63,975 nt of DNA, filler included, from Octopus bimaculoides (GCF_001194135.2; 8 parts of 8 records of this genome joined end to end with filler, not necessarily neighbours in it), one strand, 5' to 3'. Positions 36,241 through 49,783 are shown, numbered from the whole stretch's first letter. Made by a program: numbers and translations. The notes: generated by a model from the letters alone, not told the origin.

Positions 36241-37844
36241 TTAACGACACAGTTATGCTCCCATATGATGATGAGATTATATGCTTACTTATGGATTTTT
36301 ATATCTTAGTTTCATTATTCAGAGTTGTCCTTCGTGTTTGTGGATTCAGGTTTTGTGGCGATTACTTAGATTGATGTAGGGTTTTTTTGGGGTTTTTTTC
36401 AGAGATAAATGTATTAATCGTAGATGAGGCTTAGGTATTGATGTCTGCCATTGGGGAGTTTCTGTGGCATATATATATATATATATACGGATTTGAAATA
36501 CTGAAATAATAAGCAGATGTGCTTCAAGAAGACACAGCTTGAATTTTAATACGCACACACACACACGCACGCACACACACACACACACACATACACACAT
36601 ACACATATACACATATATACATATATATATATAAAGAGAGTGAAAGAGAGGGAAAGATAATGGATATATAAATACATGTGTGTCAGAGAGAGGAGGGAGC
36701 GAGTGAAAGGAAGGAAGGAACGAACGAACGAACGAACGAACGAGAAGAGTGAAGTAAATAGTAAAATGTATTTGAGAACGAATCAGTTTTGAAATTGAAA
36801 ACTGTAGAAAACGGAAAGAAACATGCATAGCTTTGTTATTTTGAAAGCTTATTCTGCTGTCGAAAAAGTAAGTGTTCTTTGTAGTTGTCCCTNNNNNNNN
36901 NNNNNNNNNNNNNNNNNNNNNNNNNNNNNNNNNNNNNNNNNNNNNNNNNNNNNNNNNNNNNNNNNNNNNNNNNNNNNNNNNNNNNNNNNNNNNNNNNNNN
37001 NNNNNNNNNNNNNNNNNNNNNNNNNNNNNNNNNNNNNNNNNNNNNNNNNNNNNNNNNNNNNNNNNNNNNNNNNNNNNNNNNNNNNNNNNNNNNNNNNNNN
37101 NNNNNNNNNNNNNNNNNNNNNNNNNNNNNNNNNNNNNNNNNNNNNNNNNNNNNNNNNNNNNNNNNNNNNNNNNNNNNNNNNNNNNNNNNNNNNNNNNNNN
37201 NNNNNNNNNNNNNNNNNNNNNNNNNNNNNNNNNNNNNNNNNNNNNNNNNNNNNNNNNNNNNNNNNNNNNNNNNNNNNNNNNNNNNNNNNNNNNNNNNNNN
37301 NNNNNNNNNNNNNNNNNNNNNNNNNNNNNNNNNNNNNNNNNNNNNNNNNNNNNNNNNNNNNNNNNNNNNNNNNNNNNNNNNNNNNNNNNNNNNNNNNNNN
37401 NNNNNNNNNNNNNNNNNNNNNNNNNNNNNNNNNNNNNNNNNNNNNNNNNNNNNNNNNNNNNNNNNNNNNNNNNNNNNNNNNNNNNNNNNNNNNNNNNNNN
37501 NNNNNNNNNNNNNNNNNNNNNNNNNNNNNNNNNNNNNNNNNNNNNNNNNNNNNNNNNNNNNNNNNNNNNNNNNNNNNNNNNNNNNNNNNNNNNNNNNNNN
37601 NNNNNNNNNNNNNNNNNNNNNNNNNNNNNNNNNNNNNNNNNNNNNNNNNNNNNNNNNNNNNNNNNNNNNNNNNNNNNNNNNNNNNNNNNNNNNNNNNNNN
37701 NNNNNNNNNNNNNNNNNNNNNNNNNNNNNNNNNNNNNNNNNNNNNNNNNNNNNNNNNNNNNNNNNNNNNNNNNNNNNNNNNNNNNNNNNNNNNNNNNNNN
37801 NNNNNNNNNNNNNNNNNNNNNNNNNNNNNNNNNNNNNNNNNNAG

Positions 37845-38220
37845 ACTCTACACCCTGAGATTAGGTGGTCTATAGTTTCAATTGCATCGTTACAGAATCG
37901 GCATTTTGGGTCAGCTCCATTTTTTATCACATTGGCTTGGTAGTTCCGGGTTAATAAGCTTTGGTCTTGAGCAGCCAATATGAAACCTTCACTCTCTGCT
38001 TTTAGCCCTGAGCTTCGTAACCATTGATGCATGCGTTTCTGGTCGACATCAGCTTGTTTGCTACGAGCCACATACTTGCCATGCAGAGGTTTCTGTTCCC
38101 ATCTGCTAGCTAATTTTTCATGTGCTTTTGTCTTTGCAATTAATTTTATTTTCTTTGCAGCAGCAGTTGGCGTATTTCCTTCAATCTGATCAAGCTGGTG
38201 GGCATCTAAGAGATCAGTAG
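37845..38220 (-). mobile_element. R4/Dong-like LINE fragment (CCHC zinc-finger region)
   Basis: RWEQKPLHGKYVARSKQADVDQKRMHQWLRSSGLKAESEGFILAAQDQSLLTRNYQANVIKNGADPKCRFCNDAIETIDHLISGC; runs into a gap. Confidence 0.85.
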
Positions 38221-38282
38221 CGAATTTCTTGCTCTCTTTCAGAATAGAGTGAAGTTATTTCGGTCTTACATGTTTTTATTTA

Positions 38283-38475
38283 AGGTGACGAGGTGGTAGA
38301 ATCCTTAGCACGCCGGACAAAATGCTTTGCTACATCCTGAGTTTTGAGTTCAAATTCCACCGAGGCCGATTTACCTTTCATTCTTTAGGATTTGATAAAA
38401 TAAATACCAGTCGAGTGTGAATGATTCACCCCTCCCCTCAAAATTACTGACCTTATGTCAAAATTAGAAAGAGTT
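38283..38475 (+). mobile_element. SINE family B, decayed
   Basis: GGTAGAATCCTTAGCACGCCGGACAAAATGCTT...GAGTTCAAATTCCACCGAGG. Confidence 0.7.
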
Positions 38476-39019
38476 ATGATTATTGCTACTTTTGCTGTTA
38501 TTAATGTTTATCCTGCTGCTGCTGCTGCTGCCGTTGATGCTGATGATGATAAGAATATTGTTATCGTCATCGTCGTTGCCATTGTTACAATACATGTTTT
38601 AATCTGGATGCTGTAATGAACCTTGAAAACTCTCACCATATATAATGCTATGCATTAATGCAGAATTGCAATAAAAATTGATGTATTCAAATAAAGAGAT
38701 AAAAACGCATTAACCTGAGGAACTTCACCCCACATAATTTGTTCACAGCTGGTGATATAAAACTTCGCGCGCTTCGATAACTGCTGTTCTTACTCTATAA
38801 TAACCAACACCTAAAGGTGTCTTGGCATCAATTTGAAGAGACAATGAAGTAAAATCATCATAAAATAATATAAGTACATTGACGGGAGTTTTTAGTAGAC
38901 ATCAGACCGATGAATTAGATTGTGGAGACAGTTATGCATTGTGACAATTATAGCTACTTCACAACTAAGAGCGTATTATAAATGTATGCATACATGTTCG
39001 TGTAATGGTAAGCAATATG

Positions 39020-39066
<47 letters not shown>

Positions 39067-40699
39067 GTATGTATAATATATATAATACTAACAATGCACC
39101 CCGGCGTTACTCGGGTGTTATTACCTACAACCACATGCATTATTTGTTTCTTTCTTATGGGTAGAATCGGCACACGAGAAGTATCGAGCAAACAACTCTT
39201 CTTTATAAACATATTTTTCGGTCATTTTCTGATTAACAATTCTGAAATTTTGGCACCAAAACATGTACAATGGCAGCTTAGATTAGAAGGAAATCCTAAC
39301 ATTGCCTCCAAAATGATCTCAAAATTTTGCGACCCAGCCTCATGTTGGTGTTAATTTTTGTAGTAAAATAGGTTTGCTGTGCAAAAAAGTAACTTTACGC
39401 TGGTAACCAAAGGATTGCTCAATCTTTTCATATCTTATACAACAATATTAGCAACTCAGTTTCATGGCTACAAATTGGGTAACGTAGAAGCAGAAATAGT
39501 TCTTACTTGTCTCATAGTATTTGCTGATAACTGTGAACAACACACATATACATTGGCTTTCCCAATGAAGACGCCATGTTAAAAGTATTATGGTTTTCTG
39601 CAAGCATATCTGGTATCAGTTTATAACAATGTTGAGGCCAATAGAATGAAAAAGGGACTTTGGGGCTCTATGTATGTGTACGTATATAAGCATATGAGTA
39701 AACAGGGTTAGTGATGTGGGCAGTTTGGCATAAATGTATAGGAATGCTATGCTTCTCGAAATTAAATGAGTTATTCTAGTTTGAAGAGGTGGGACAGTAG
39801 TAATGGAGTAATGCATGGTTCCATGGCTGATGAATGATGAACGCCTAAGAAATAAAGTAAAGTATATTAATAATCTGCACGAGAAAGGACTTTGTTTTGA
39901 TTTTGAGTGCAAACATGTAAAAGTATGCAATCGAGACTTAGGAATGTAAAGAAATTGATGCCGAATGAGAACGTAGAGGTATCCGTAGAGGTACATGGAG
40001 AGAAAGTTGCTTCATTGCGAAAAGTGCCATCTCTGTGATGTTTAGGCAGACTGCACACTTCAGCAAATGTTCAGTGAAGCCGACAATGCTTCTGAGTAAA
40101 CAATGTTTTGCGTGTCTCCAGTGGTGGTAGTGTCTCTGTGTTGTCGTATATTGCAAGTATGCAAAACTTTCATTGCCGGGAAAATTGGAAGAATGACGCA
40201 ATACGCACTCTCTTTATTTTTAACAAAACCGACCCTTGGTCTTTTTTTTTTTAGAAATAAGAGTGACCCCCTAGCGAAGAACACAATCAAATTCAAATTT
40301 TGATTGTACACTTCGTGGGCAAGTTTTCGAGTTTTAATACTTTATCTGCAATGATTCAAAGGTATGTTACAGATAATTTATTTTCATAACATAATTCTCT
40401 ATTAGTAAATGTTTTTCTCGCAACAGTTTAAAGGTATGTTAGAGATAATTTATTTTAATAAGATAATTTTCTGGTAGTAAATGATTTTCTCTTACACAAA
40501 CATCTAACAATTTTGATTTCGAAGTATTTAAAGAATTATTCAGAAATTACAAAAAGAAACGAATGGCAAAATTGGACTGTCCGTATTTTAAAACTAGAAA
40601 AAAATCGAAAAACAGTTGAAAGTTTTGGTAGTGGGCTGGGATATTTTTAAAAGATATCTTTTTTATTGGCGTATTCTACAGAAGACAGAATCGAAAAAA

Positions 40700-40815
40700 G
40701 TTACCTTTCATTCTTTCGGGATCGACAAATTAAGTTGCGTACTGGAGTCAATCAAATCGACTGGCCCCCTCACCCCCATAAAAAATTTCAGGCCTTGTAC
40801 TTATAGTAGAAAGGA
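40700..40815 (+). mobile_element. SINE family B-related 3' fragment
   Basis: CTTTCATTCTTTCGGGATCGACAAATTAAG...AATTTCAGGCCTTGTACTTATAGTAGAAAGG; matches 44780-44895. Confidence 0.6.
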
Positions 40816-42282
40816 TTTGTACCCCACCCTATTTTTTATAAAATTTCTTCCCATTCCTATGTTTTCGATATAGGAGATTAGGATTTTGCCCAAAAAACAC
40901 GTTTTCAAAATTTTAATTTCTCTCTCTCCATCCTATTTTTAAATTTTCAACTTTTATCGATTTTTTTTTTTTTTTTTTTTTTGTAATAGACGTAGAAAAA
41001 TACAGAGATTACGAATCTTTAAATTTTTTTTCTTAAAAAACACTCAAATCTTCTTCTCCAACCTCCACCCATCACCTCCCCACATNNNNNNNNNNNNNNN
41101 NNNNNNNNNNNNNNNNNNNNNNNNNNNNNNNNNNNNNNNNNNNNNNNNNNNNNNNNNNNNNNNNNNNNNNNNNNNNNNNNNNNNNNNNNNNNNNNNNNNN
41201 NNNNNNNNNNNNNNNNNNNNNNNNNNNNNNNNNNNNNNNNNNNNNNNNNNNNNNNNNNNNNNNNNNNNNNNNNNNNNNNNNNNNNNNNNNNNNNNNNNNN
41301 NNNNNNNNNNNNNNNNNNNNNNNNNNNNNNNNNNNNNNNNNNNNNNNNNNNNNNNNNNNNNNNNNNNNNNNNNNNNNNNNNNNNNNNNNNNNNNNNNNNN
41401 NNNNNNNNNNNNNNNNNNNNNNNNNNNNNNNNNNNNNNNNNNNNNNNNNNNNNNNNNNNNNNNNNNNNNNNNNNNNNNNNNNNNNNNNNNNNNNNNNNNN
41501 NNNNNNNNNNNNNNNNNNNNNNNNNNNNNNNNNNNNNNNNNNNNNNNNNNNNNNNNNNNNNNNNNNNNNNNNNNNNNNNNNNNNNNNNNNNNNNNNNNNN
41601 NNNNNNNNNNNNNNNNNNNNNNNNNNNNNNNNNNNNNNNNNNNNNNNNNNNNNNNNNNNNNNNNNNNNNNNNNNNNTCTTAACGAAACACTTTCAAACTT
41701 GGGACACTGGTAGAATGTATCATATAAAACATCTTTTACTCTTAGTGTTATTGAGAACATTTTATCTTTTTAAAGTTATTTCGTGTTAAAATTGTCGTGT
41801 TTCGGTAATTTCAACCAATCACTGACGTCTATTGAGGTGAAAACAATTACTGCTGTGAATTGTGAACAATACGTTGTGCGGTGTAATAGGATCTTTTCCC
41901 TTGAATAAAATTACTGCCGTTGTTTGTCAACAACAACTATCGGCGGTACTGTTATTTATGACATCGTTCGTGCGTTTGTACTGGTTTTAGCTTTAGGGTT
42001 TGGGTTATGAGTATTTTTGTCAAATTTGGTGAAAAATTTGTTGCGGTGTATTGAACAGACTGTATATTCCCTTTCCCTACAATTTAAGGTCTGTGCCCAT
42101 GTAAATCAGATTCAGTGACTGAAAAAAAGTAGAAGGAAATAACTTCTTTTCTATATATAAGTACCTTCCTCCATAGTCTGTGTTCACTTCCTATCCCAAT
42201 CCTGATATATATAGAAAGACGTACTCGTTAATTCTAACTCCTGAAATGTGTGAACTTGAGTCAATGTAAAAGAAAGATTAAC

Positions 42283-42685
42283 AGGCACGGTTGTGTGGTA
42301 AAAAGCTTGCTTCCCAACTACATGGTTCCGGGATCAGTCCCACTGCGTGGCTTCTTGGTCTTCTACTATATCTTCGGGTTTGTGTGGATTTGGTTGACGG
42401 AAACTGAAAGATCATCCTAGATAATAGATAGATAGATAGATAGATAGATAGATGTGTGTGTGTGTATGTATATATATATATATATATATTTGTGTGTGTG
42501 TGTGTGTGTGTTTGTCTCCCTACATCGTTTGACAACCGATGGTGTGTTTACGTCCCCGAAACCTGGCGGTTCCGCACAAGTAACCAATAGAAAAAGTACT
42601 AGGTTTGCAATTTCTTCGACTAAAACCCTTTAAGGTGGTGCTCCAGCATAGCCGCAATCAAATTACGAAACCATGTAAAAGAATA
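42283..42685 (+). mobile_element. SINE family A, near full length
   Basis: GGCACGGTTGTGTGGTAAAAAGCTTGCTTCCCAAC...GGTGCTCCAGCATAGCCGCAATCAAAT...GTAAAAGA. Confidence 0.85.
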
Positions 42686-44744
42686 GATTGAGTATGAGTT
42701 TGCGATGAATTCCTTAAAGCAAGTAATGAGCTCCTGGTGGGTCGAGATCGTAACGCGGTTTCACGATTCTGAACTCATTTCACATTCACTTCCGTGACTA
42801 ATTCATATGAGACATCATCTCTACAATTTTTGCTTGCGTAGAATACTTTCCGACAGTGATGCTTCTGCGTAGCTGTTTAATCTGTCAGAAATTGTAGCCA
42901 AGTCTCTCTCAAACCACGTCCTACCATCTGAACAGAAAAATGACCATACGATAACGTAGTTCTAGATATAAAAAAGATAGGATCAGGGATAAAATGCCTT
43001 TAGCAGTAGGTTTATTTCTGCAAGGCTGATTTGAGAACATCCTTTTTTTTATCTCAACTTGTGGCTTCTAACTTTCCTGTCAATATACAAAGTTTATATA
43101 GCAGAGTGGAAGCCGATAAAGTTTGACATTACTACTTTATTTGGGGCTTATTTCATTGACCGTAGGCGTCATGTCGCACAATATGATTGAAAGATGAAGT
43201 TTGCTTTACAACCATGAGGACCTGGGATCGATTCTACGACGTGTATCTCTGAAGAATCATTTTCTATAGTGTCGGGTCTACCCATACTTGTAAGTGAAAT
43301 CAAACTGTAGAAAACTGTATATAAGCCATTCAGGTGGATTATACTTGCAGTTCAAAAGTTAAAGCCTTGTTACACGTTACACTTCGTTGGTTCTAACAAG
43401 GAATCACGTTAAGAGTGCATGTATCTTTAGAATACTCGGCCACTTACACGTAAATTCAATGAGCATGTAATTCAGTTGATCGAACAACTGAATCCTCGTC
43501 GACGAATGACGAAAGTTTACCATTTCATCGACATCTACTTAGGAAAAAGGCAAAGTTAACTTCGGCAACATGTGAACTCACAACATAAAATATTACCGCG
43601 ATATCACTAGAGATTTTGTCTGGAGCTCTACTGATTTTGCTGGCCATCATTTTGCTTTTCAGTTGAATTGAAAGCTAATAAGATATTGATAGAATATTAC
43701 AAATATATTTTCAACGAATAATCCGGTAGAGAAAAACATGCGGAAGGCATCAATCAAGTGAATATTGCTCTATTAACAGTTAATGTGTCTAAAACCACAG
43801 GTATCACAGAAACTTATTGATCATATCTTTGCATGAACTAACAAAAACGTGCAGAAAATTTATTGAAACAACTCAACAAATGAACTAATGAATAAATATA
43901 TGACCGTTAAATATTTAATTAATTGTTCACCTGCACTCACCTGTATTTAGTTCCTTAGAATGTTTAGATAATATTGATTGAAACCAAAACACAAGGAAAG
44001 ATAATGTTTAGTAAAAAGTTGCTGAGAAAGTATTAGCCTCCTTGGCGGTTGTCCATTATCTCACAATCCATCTACAAGTGGCAGTTAAGAATATTTATAC
44101 AACTATCATTTTTTTTTTACCTATTCCACAGATTTTCGTGCACACACTTTAGTTAAAGTCATTTTTAACACAAATGTTGTACCAACGCTCCAACTGTATG
44201 TCAAAACAGTATATTTTTCAAATTCCATGAAGCAAAAATTCGTATCAAAATTTCATTTCATAACAAAGAATTTACTATATTCGTGAAAAATTATAGTCTC
44301 TTGGAAAAAAATGATTTTACAAAATATTTCTTATAGTATGCGCACTGGCGAGAACAAAAAAAAAATTTCTAAAGTGACACATTATAATTTAGTGACAGAA
44401 ATTATGGTTAAAGGAGACGTCCACAAGAAAAATAATTCTTATATTCTAGTAACATTTATTTTGTCAATGCTGGGTACATGGAAAATATCTTCCCTCTTGA
44501 ATTTAAATTGAGAATCTGAAGTGAATTACTATTAATTTTAGCTTTTGATATTGACAATTAATAATGGAAACAATTAATTTAAGAAATACTTAATGTAGGA
44601 AATAATTAATGCTGGAAGGAAATAAAGATTTCTTTTGTCGACCCAAAGCCACAGATTTATAAGTATGAGATAATTTGATGTATTGAGTGCTTCGAACGTT
44701 ATTTATATTAGGAAAGCAGTGGGTTAATATAATCTTTCGTCGAC

Positions 44745-44895
44745 GCTACGTTTTAAGTTCAAATTCCGCTGAGGTCGTCTTTGCCTTTTATCCTTTCGGG
44801 GTCGATAAATTAAGCACCAGTTGAGTATTGAGGTCGATGTAATCGACTAGTCCGTTCCTACCAAATTTCAGGCCTTACGCCTATAGTAGAAAGGA
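44745..44895 (+). mobile_element. SINE family B
   Basis: GTTCAAATTCCGCTGAGGTCGTCTTTGCCTTTTATCCTTTCGGGGTCGATAAATTAAGCACCAG. Confidence 0.75.
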
Positions 44896-44899
44896 GGAT

Positions 44900-45550
44900 T
44901 GTTATTATTGTTCAGTAATCCTATTTTTATCACGTGCTTTCACTGCACTACCAAGCGCAGCTCTGTATGCCTTGGCTATGTTCTGTGGTTTGTTGTGGTG
45001 CCCTTAGTTTCACTGTATTGAAAGTGCTTTACGTAGGATGTGTGCGGTGCCTAGTAGTGCTATTTTCTGTACGTTATATACTTTCGTAAGCCCTGGTGTT
45101 TTGACTATGTATTTGTCAGAATGATTTTTAATCATACCTAATGCACCTATTATTATAGGGGTTGTTTCTGTTTTTAGGCTCCACATTCAGGTTACCTCTA
45201 TTTCCAGATCTTTGTATTTGAGAGTTTCTCCGTTTCTTTTCGAGATACATTGTCATCTGTTAACATTGATATATCGATTAGAAGGCATTCTTTTCCTTGG
45301 CAATTTCTAACTATATCCAGTCTATTCGCTTTGATCTCTCTATCTGTATGTATTCGCATATCCCGGAATATGGTTACTTTCTCATTTTCTGAGACTTTTT
45401 CTACGGTGTGCCTATACCATCATTTTCTGTTGCCAATCCATAGTGTTGGTATAGCTGCCAGTGTATATAGATCCCAACTGTCATGTCTGTGGATATATTC
45501 CTTCAGCCAGGACTGGGTAACCAGAGATTTGGGATCTTTTCCTTTTGGCC
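44900..45550 (-). mobile_element. R4/Dong-like LINE 3' end with restriction-like endonuclease
   Basis: ENEKVTIFRDMRIHTDREIKANRLDIV...LLIDISM..DDNVSRKETEKLSKYKDLEIEVTRMW...PIIIGALGMIK...LLGTAHILRKALSIQ*; AAT-like tail. Confidence 0.88.
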
Positions 45551-45735
45551 GGCACATAGAAAAAAATAATTTTTTGTAACTAAACACTTTCAAATTTCGT
45601 ATGTGTATTTCGTGTGCAAGATTCTTGATGTGGATACGTGTGTTGAAAGAAATACAATTAAACCTTGGGAGAGGCATTATGCCGGTAATAAACACACGCA
45701 CTGGTTCAGTCCTTTATTAATTTATATAGTTTTTT

Positions 45736-45776
45736 GTTAAATTATTTCATTGCACTCTTGCAATCTCTTCAGTAAC
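45736..45776 (-). ncRNA. Decayed minimal hammerhead motif
   Basis: GTTA-CTGAAGA-G ATTGCA AGAG TGCAAT-GAAA-TAATT-TAAC; the C closing stem II is missing and stem III is degenerate; same family as 3658-3696. Confidence 0.4.
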
Positions 45777-46065
45777 TTGTCTCTCCACTTCCATTTATTT
45801 TGAATATATGATCTGGCGTTGTTTTGACGTTGTTTCGAAACTGTTTGGTATGAGCATGTGAGTGTGTGCAAGCTCGTATGTGTGCACGCTCATATGTGTG
45901 CACGCACTTATGTGTTCGTGCTTATATGTAAGTATGTGCGTCCATATGTGTGTTTGTAACAATTTNNNNNNNNNNNNNNNNNNNNNNNNNNNNNNNNNNN
46001 NNNNNNNNNTTAATTAATTAANNNNNNNNNNNNNNNNNNNNNNNNNNNNNNNNNNNNNNNNNNNN

Positions 46066-46096
<31 letters not shown>

Positions 46097-46289
46097 TTCT
46101 ACTATTACAAATTAGTCGTCGTTGGTGTTTATCATTGCGGCAAAGGTTCAATAACCCACCTACTGGATCTAGCGAACATTTGCATCTAAATACCAAACAA
46201 GGAGATGTAAACTGCAATGATAAACACCAACTACGACCAATTTCTAGTAGTAGAAATACTTATGGTACAGCTAACACGGTAACAACGCC

Positions 46290-46760
46290 GGTAAATGGAG
46301 TCGGGACTGCCTTATATACGAATAAATACAATAAATGCTCATGCAGAGATAAATCAAAATGTCCTTTGATGAACCTCTGTATGAGTACAAATCTTGTATA
46401 TAAATGTACTGTGCATAGAAGGGGAAGGCCGTATCTTTACATTAGGCAGACGGCTGATGCATTTAAGAATCGTTATCGTAACCACGTTGCCAGCTTTAAG
46501 ACAATCAATAAGAGACGTTCAACATCTTTGGCAGATTTTGTATGGTGACTGAAGGAGGATAAAATGAAGTACAGCATTAATTCATCCATAGTAAGGTACG
46601 ACAAACCATACAATTTCCAGGAGATGCCGTCTCTGCTCCGAGGAATCCTTGTCTATTCTGTAGACTAATGAGAAGATCATTAACAGAGTTTCTGAACGTC
46701 TCTCGAGATGCCTGTACGCATATAAATGTACATTTGCACAATGTAGTAAGAATGAATTTT
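46290..46760 (+). mobile_element. Penelope-like element GIY-YIG endonuclease fragment
   Basis: CSCRDKSKCPLMNLCMSTNLVYKCTV...YLYIRQTADAFKNRYRNHVASF...STSLADFVW*LKE matches the PLE CxC..CPL / VVY / YIG.T..FK.RY.NH pattern. Confidence 0.8.
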
Positions 46761-48179
46761 GAGTAACCATTAACTTAAATTAATTTACTTTAAGGTATGA
46801 ATGACTTAAGTTTACTTTTAACCTCCCCATTCTTATAAACACCAAATAGATAGCTAATTCACTTTGTGATCATGAGTGCACCAAACCTCACATGAGCGTA
46901 TGCTCACATTTTTGCGGATGCTTGTATGAGCGAGTGTACTCGCGCCACGCCCATATCTGTTAACGGTTATTTTTAATACTTTTCTCGCTGGATTGCGTGT
47001 TCGTTTCCCTTTTTGCCATTTGTGATTTATTTTTGATCTTCTATATAAATGAAGATATTTCCTCCGTCTGGCTGCTTTTCTCTCTACAAAACGGAAAGTT
47101 ACATTGCGGAACAGTCATTTTTAACGAGTTTTTATTTATCATCCAACAAGATACATCTGCACCACCTGATGCTCCTGAACTAGTTGTTGAGTGTCCCGCC
47201 CATGAGGAATCGATGGCAGATGTGTCGAAACAACTGTCATGATTTATAGTAATTTCTCGTATATTCTATCTTCCGTCTTTCAATTGCCATNNNNNNNNNN
47301 NNNNNNNNNNNNNNNNNNNNNNNNNNNNNNNNNNNNNNNNNNNNNNNNNNNNNNNNNNNNNNNNNNNNNNNNNNNNNNNNNNNNNNNNNNNNNNNNNNNN
47401 NNNNNNNNNNNNNNNNNNNNNNNNNNNNNNNNNNNNNNNNNNNNNNNNNNNNNNNNNNNNNNNNNNNNNNNNNNNNNNNNNNNNNNNNNNNNNNNNNNNN
47501 NNNNNNNNNNNNNNNNNNNNNNNNNNNNNNNNNNNNNNNNNNNNNNNNNNNNNNNNNNNNNNNNNNNNNNNNNNNNNNNNNNNNNNNNNNNNNNNNNNNN
47601 NNNNNNNNNNNNNNNNNNNNNNNNNNNNNNNNNNNNNNNNNNNNNNNNNNNNNNNNNNNNNNNNNNNNNNNNNNNNNNNNNNNNNNNNNNNNNNNNNNNN
47701 NNNNNNNNNNNNNNNNNNNNNNNNNNNNNNNNNNNNNNNNNNNNNNNNNNNNNNNNNNNNNNNNNNNNNNNNNNNNNNNNNNNNNNNNNNNNNNNNNNNN
47801 NNNNNNNNNNNNNNNNNNNNNNNNNNNNNNNNNNNNNNNNNNNNNNNNNNNNNNNNNNNNNNNNNNNNNNNNNNNNNNNNNNNNNNNNNNNNNNNNNNNN
47901 NNNNNNNNNNNNNNNNNNNNNNNNNNNNNNNNNNNNNNNNNNNNNNNNNNNNNNNNNNNNNNNNNNNNNNNNNNNNNNNNNNNNNNNNNNNNNNNNNNNN
48001 NNNNNNNNNNNNNNNNNNNNNNNNNNNNNNNNNNNNNNNNNNNNNNNNNNNNNNNNNNNNNNNNNNNNNNNNNNNNNNNNNNNNNNNNNNNNNNNNNNNN
48101 NNNNNNAGAGAAAGTTGTGGTGAAAGAGTACAGCAAGGTTCGCCACCATCCCCTGTCGGAGCCTCGTGGAGCTTTAGGT

Positions 48180-48280
48180 GTTTTCGCTCAATAAACACTC
48201 ACAACGCCCGGTCTGGGAATCGAAACCGCGATCCTATGACCGCGAGTCCGCTGCCCTAACCACTGGGCTATTGCGCCTCC
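48180..48280 (-). mobile_element. tRNA-derived SINE head (family C-related)
   Basis: Minus strand CCCAGTGGTTAGGGCAGCGGACTCGCGGTCATAGGATCGCGGTTTCGATTCCCAGACCGGGCG. Confidence 0.75.
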
Positions 48281-48399
48281 CCAACACTTGCTATGTTACT
48301 GCTATATGAAAAGAGTTTCAATTATGATGTTATGAAACCTGCAAAGCTGGAAAACTAGCTCGTAAAGACCCACTCTGACTAAGAAAATGACTAGAAAAC

Positions 48400-48650
48400 T
48401 TGTAATGTTGAAATTCAGATACGAAGGTTTTCTCGTTGTCTCGTTGCATTGTATATGTACTTTAGAACTGGTATGTACTTTAGAACTGGTATGTACTTTA
48501 GAACTGGTATGTACTTTAGAACTGGTATGTACTTTAGAACTGTTATGTACTTTAGAACTGGTCGATGTTCTCATTTTCATGGGTTTATCAATCATTTCTT
48601 TGATTACTAGTTTAACGATCTCTTCGCCAATGACATAATGTGGCCGGTCT
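48400..48650 (-). mobile_element. hAT (Buster/Charlie-like) transposase remnant
   Basis: PHYVIGEEIVKLVIKEM and IQCNETT resemble Buster-family KPHTIGEEL and IQLDESTD; short and interrupted by a tandem repeat. Confidence 0.35.
48455..48562. repeat. 18-bp tandem repeat x6 (ATGTACTTTAGAACTGGT)
   Basis: Six units; one substitution in unit 5. Confidence 0.95.
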
Positions 48651-48714
48651 TTTTTTTTTCCACCCCCGTTTTCGCTAATATCGCTTTCAAATTTTGGCGC
48701 AAGACCAGTAATTT

Positions 48715-48900
48715 CGAGGAAGGGAGGAAGTTGGTTAGTTACATCGACCCCAATGCTCAATTGGTACTTATTTTAGCGACCGCGGAAGGGATGAAAGGCA
48801 AAGTCGACCTCGGTGGAATTTGAACTTAGAACGTAAAGACGGACGAAAGACCGCTAAGCATTTTGCCCGGCGTGCTAACCATTCTACCATCCCGCCGCCT
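48715..48900 (-). mobile_element. SINE family B
   Basis: GGGATGAAAGGCAAAGTCGACCTCGGTGGAATTTGAAC...CCGGCGTGCTAACCATTCTACCA. Confidence 0.8.
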
Positions 48901-49244
48901 TAATAATAATAATAATCCTTTTCACTATAGGCACAGGGCGACATGTAAATTACATCGATCCCAATGATAACTTGCCAGATATTTTAAAACAGTGTTTCTC
49001 AAACTCTTTTTTTTAACTATTACCCTTTTTCTTTTATTGGCACTTTTTAGAATGCCTCCCTGTTGCGATTCAACGCTCCCCCACCCCACATTTTTAATGT
49101 TCGTAATGCATAATAACAAGCTAGAATAATTTAATCCCGGATACTAGTTTGGCACGGATGATTATTCACCACAACACCGCTCTATTATAAGCGAGTACTT
49201 TAGTTATTGTTTGAATACATGCATATATATATATATGTGTATGT

Positions 49245-49304
<60 letters not shown>

Positions 49305-49783
49305 NNNNNNNNNNNNNNNNNNNNNNNNNNNNNNNNNNNNNNNNNNNNNNNNNNNNNNNNNNNNNNNNNNNNNNNNNNNNNNNNNNNNNNNNNNNNNNNN
49401 NNNNNNNNNNNNNNNNNNNNNNNNNNNNNNNNNNNNNNNNNNNNNNNNNNNNNNNNNNNNNNNNNNNNNNNNNNNNNNNNNNNNNNNNNNNNNNNNNNNN
49501 NNNNNNNNNNNNNNNNNNNNNNNNNNNNNNNNNNNNNNNNNNNNNNNNNNNNNNNNNNNNNNNNNNNNNNNNNNNNNNNNNNNNNNNNNNNNNNNNNNNN
49601 NNNNNNNNNNNNNNNNNNNNNNNNNNNNNNNNNNNNNNNNNNNNNNNNNNNNNNNNNNNNNNNNNNNNNNNNNNNNNNNNNNNNNNNNNNNNNNNNNNNN
49701 NNNNNNNNNNNNNNNNNNNNNNNNNNNNNNNNNNNNNNNNNNNNNNNNNNNNNNNNNNNNNNNNNNNNNAAACATACACACGC

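Noticed and set aside
36836-38071. 411-aa ORF
   Set aside because: Only the first ~76 aa are real (LINE fragment); the rest is a 951-N gap.
48455-48562. Regular repeats as a possible CRISPR array (also 2918-2998, 11725-11880)
   Set aside because: Head-to-tail tandem units without unique spacers, no cas genes, eukaryotic context.
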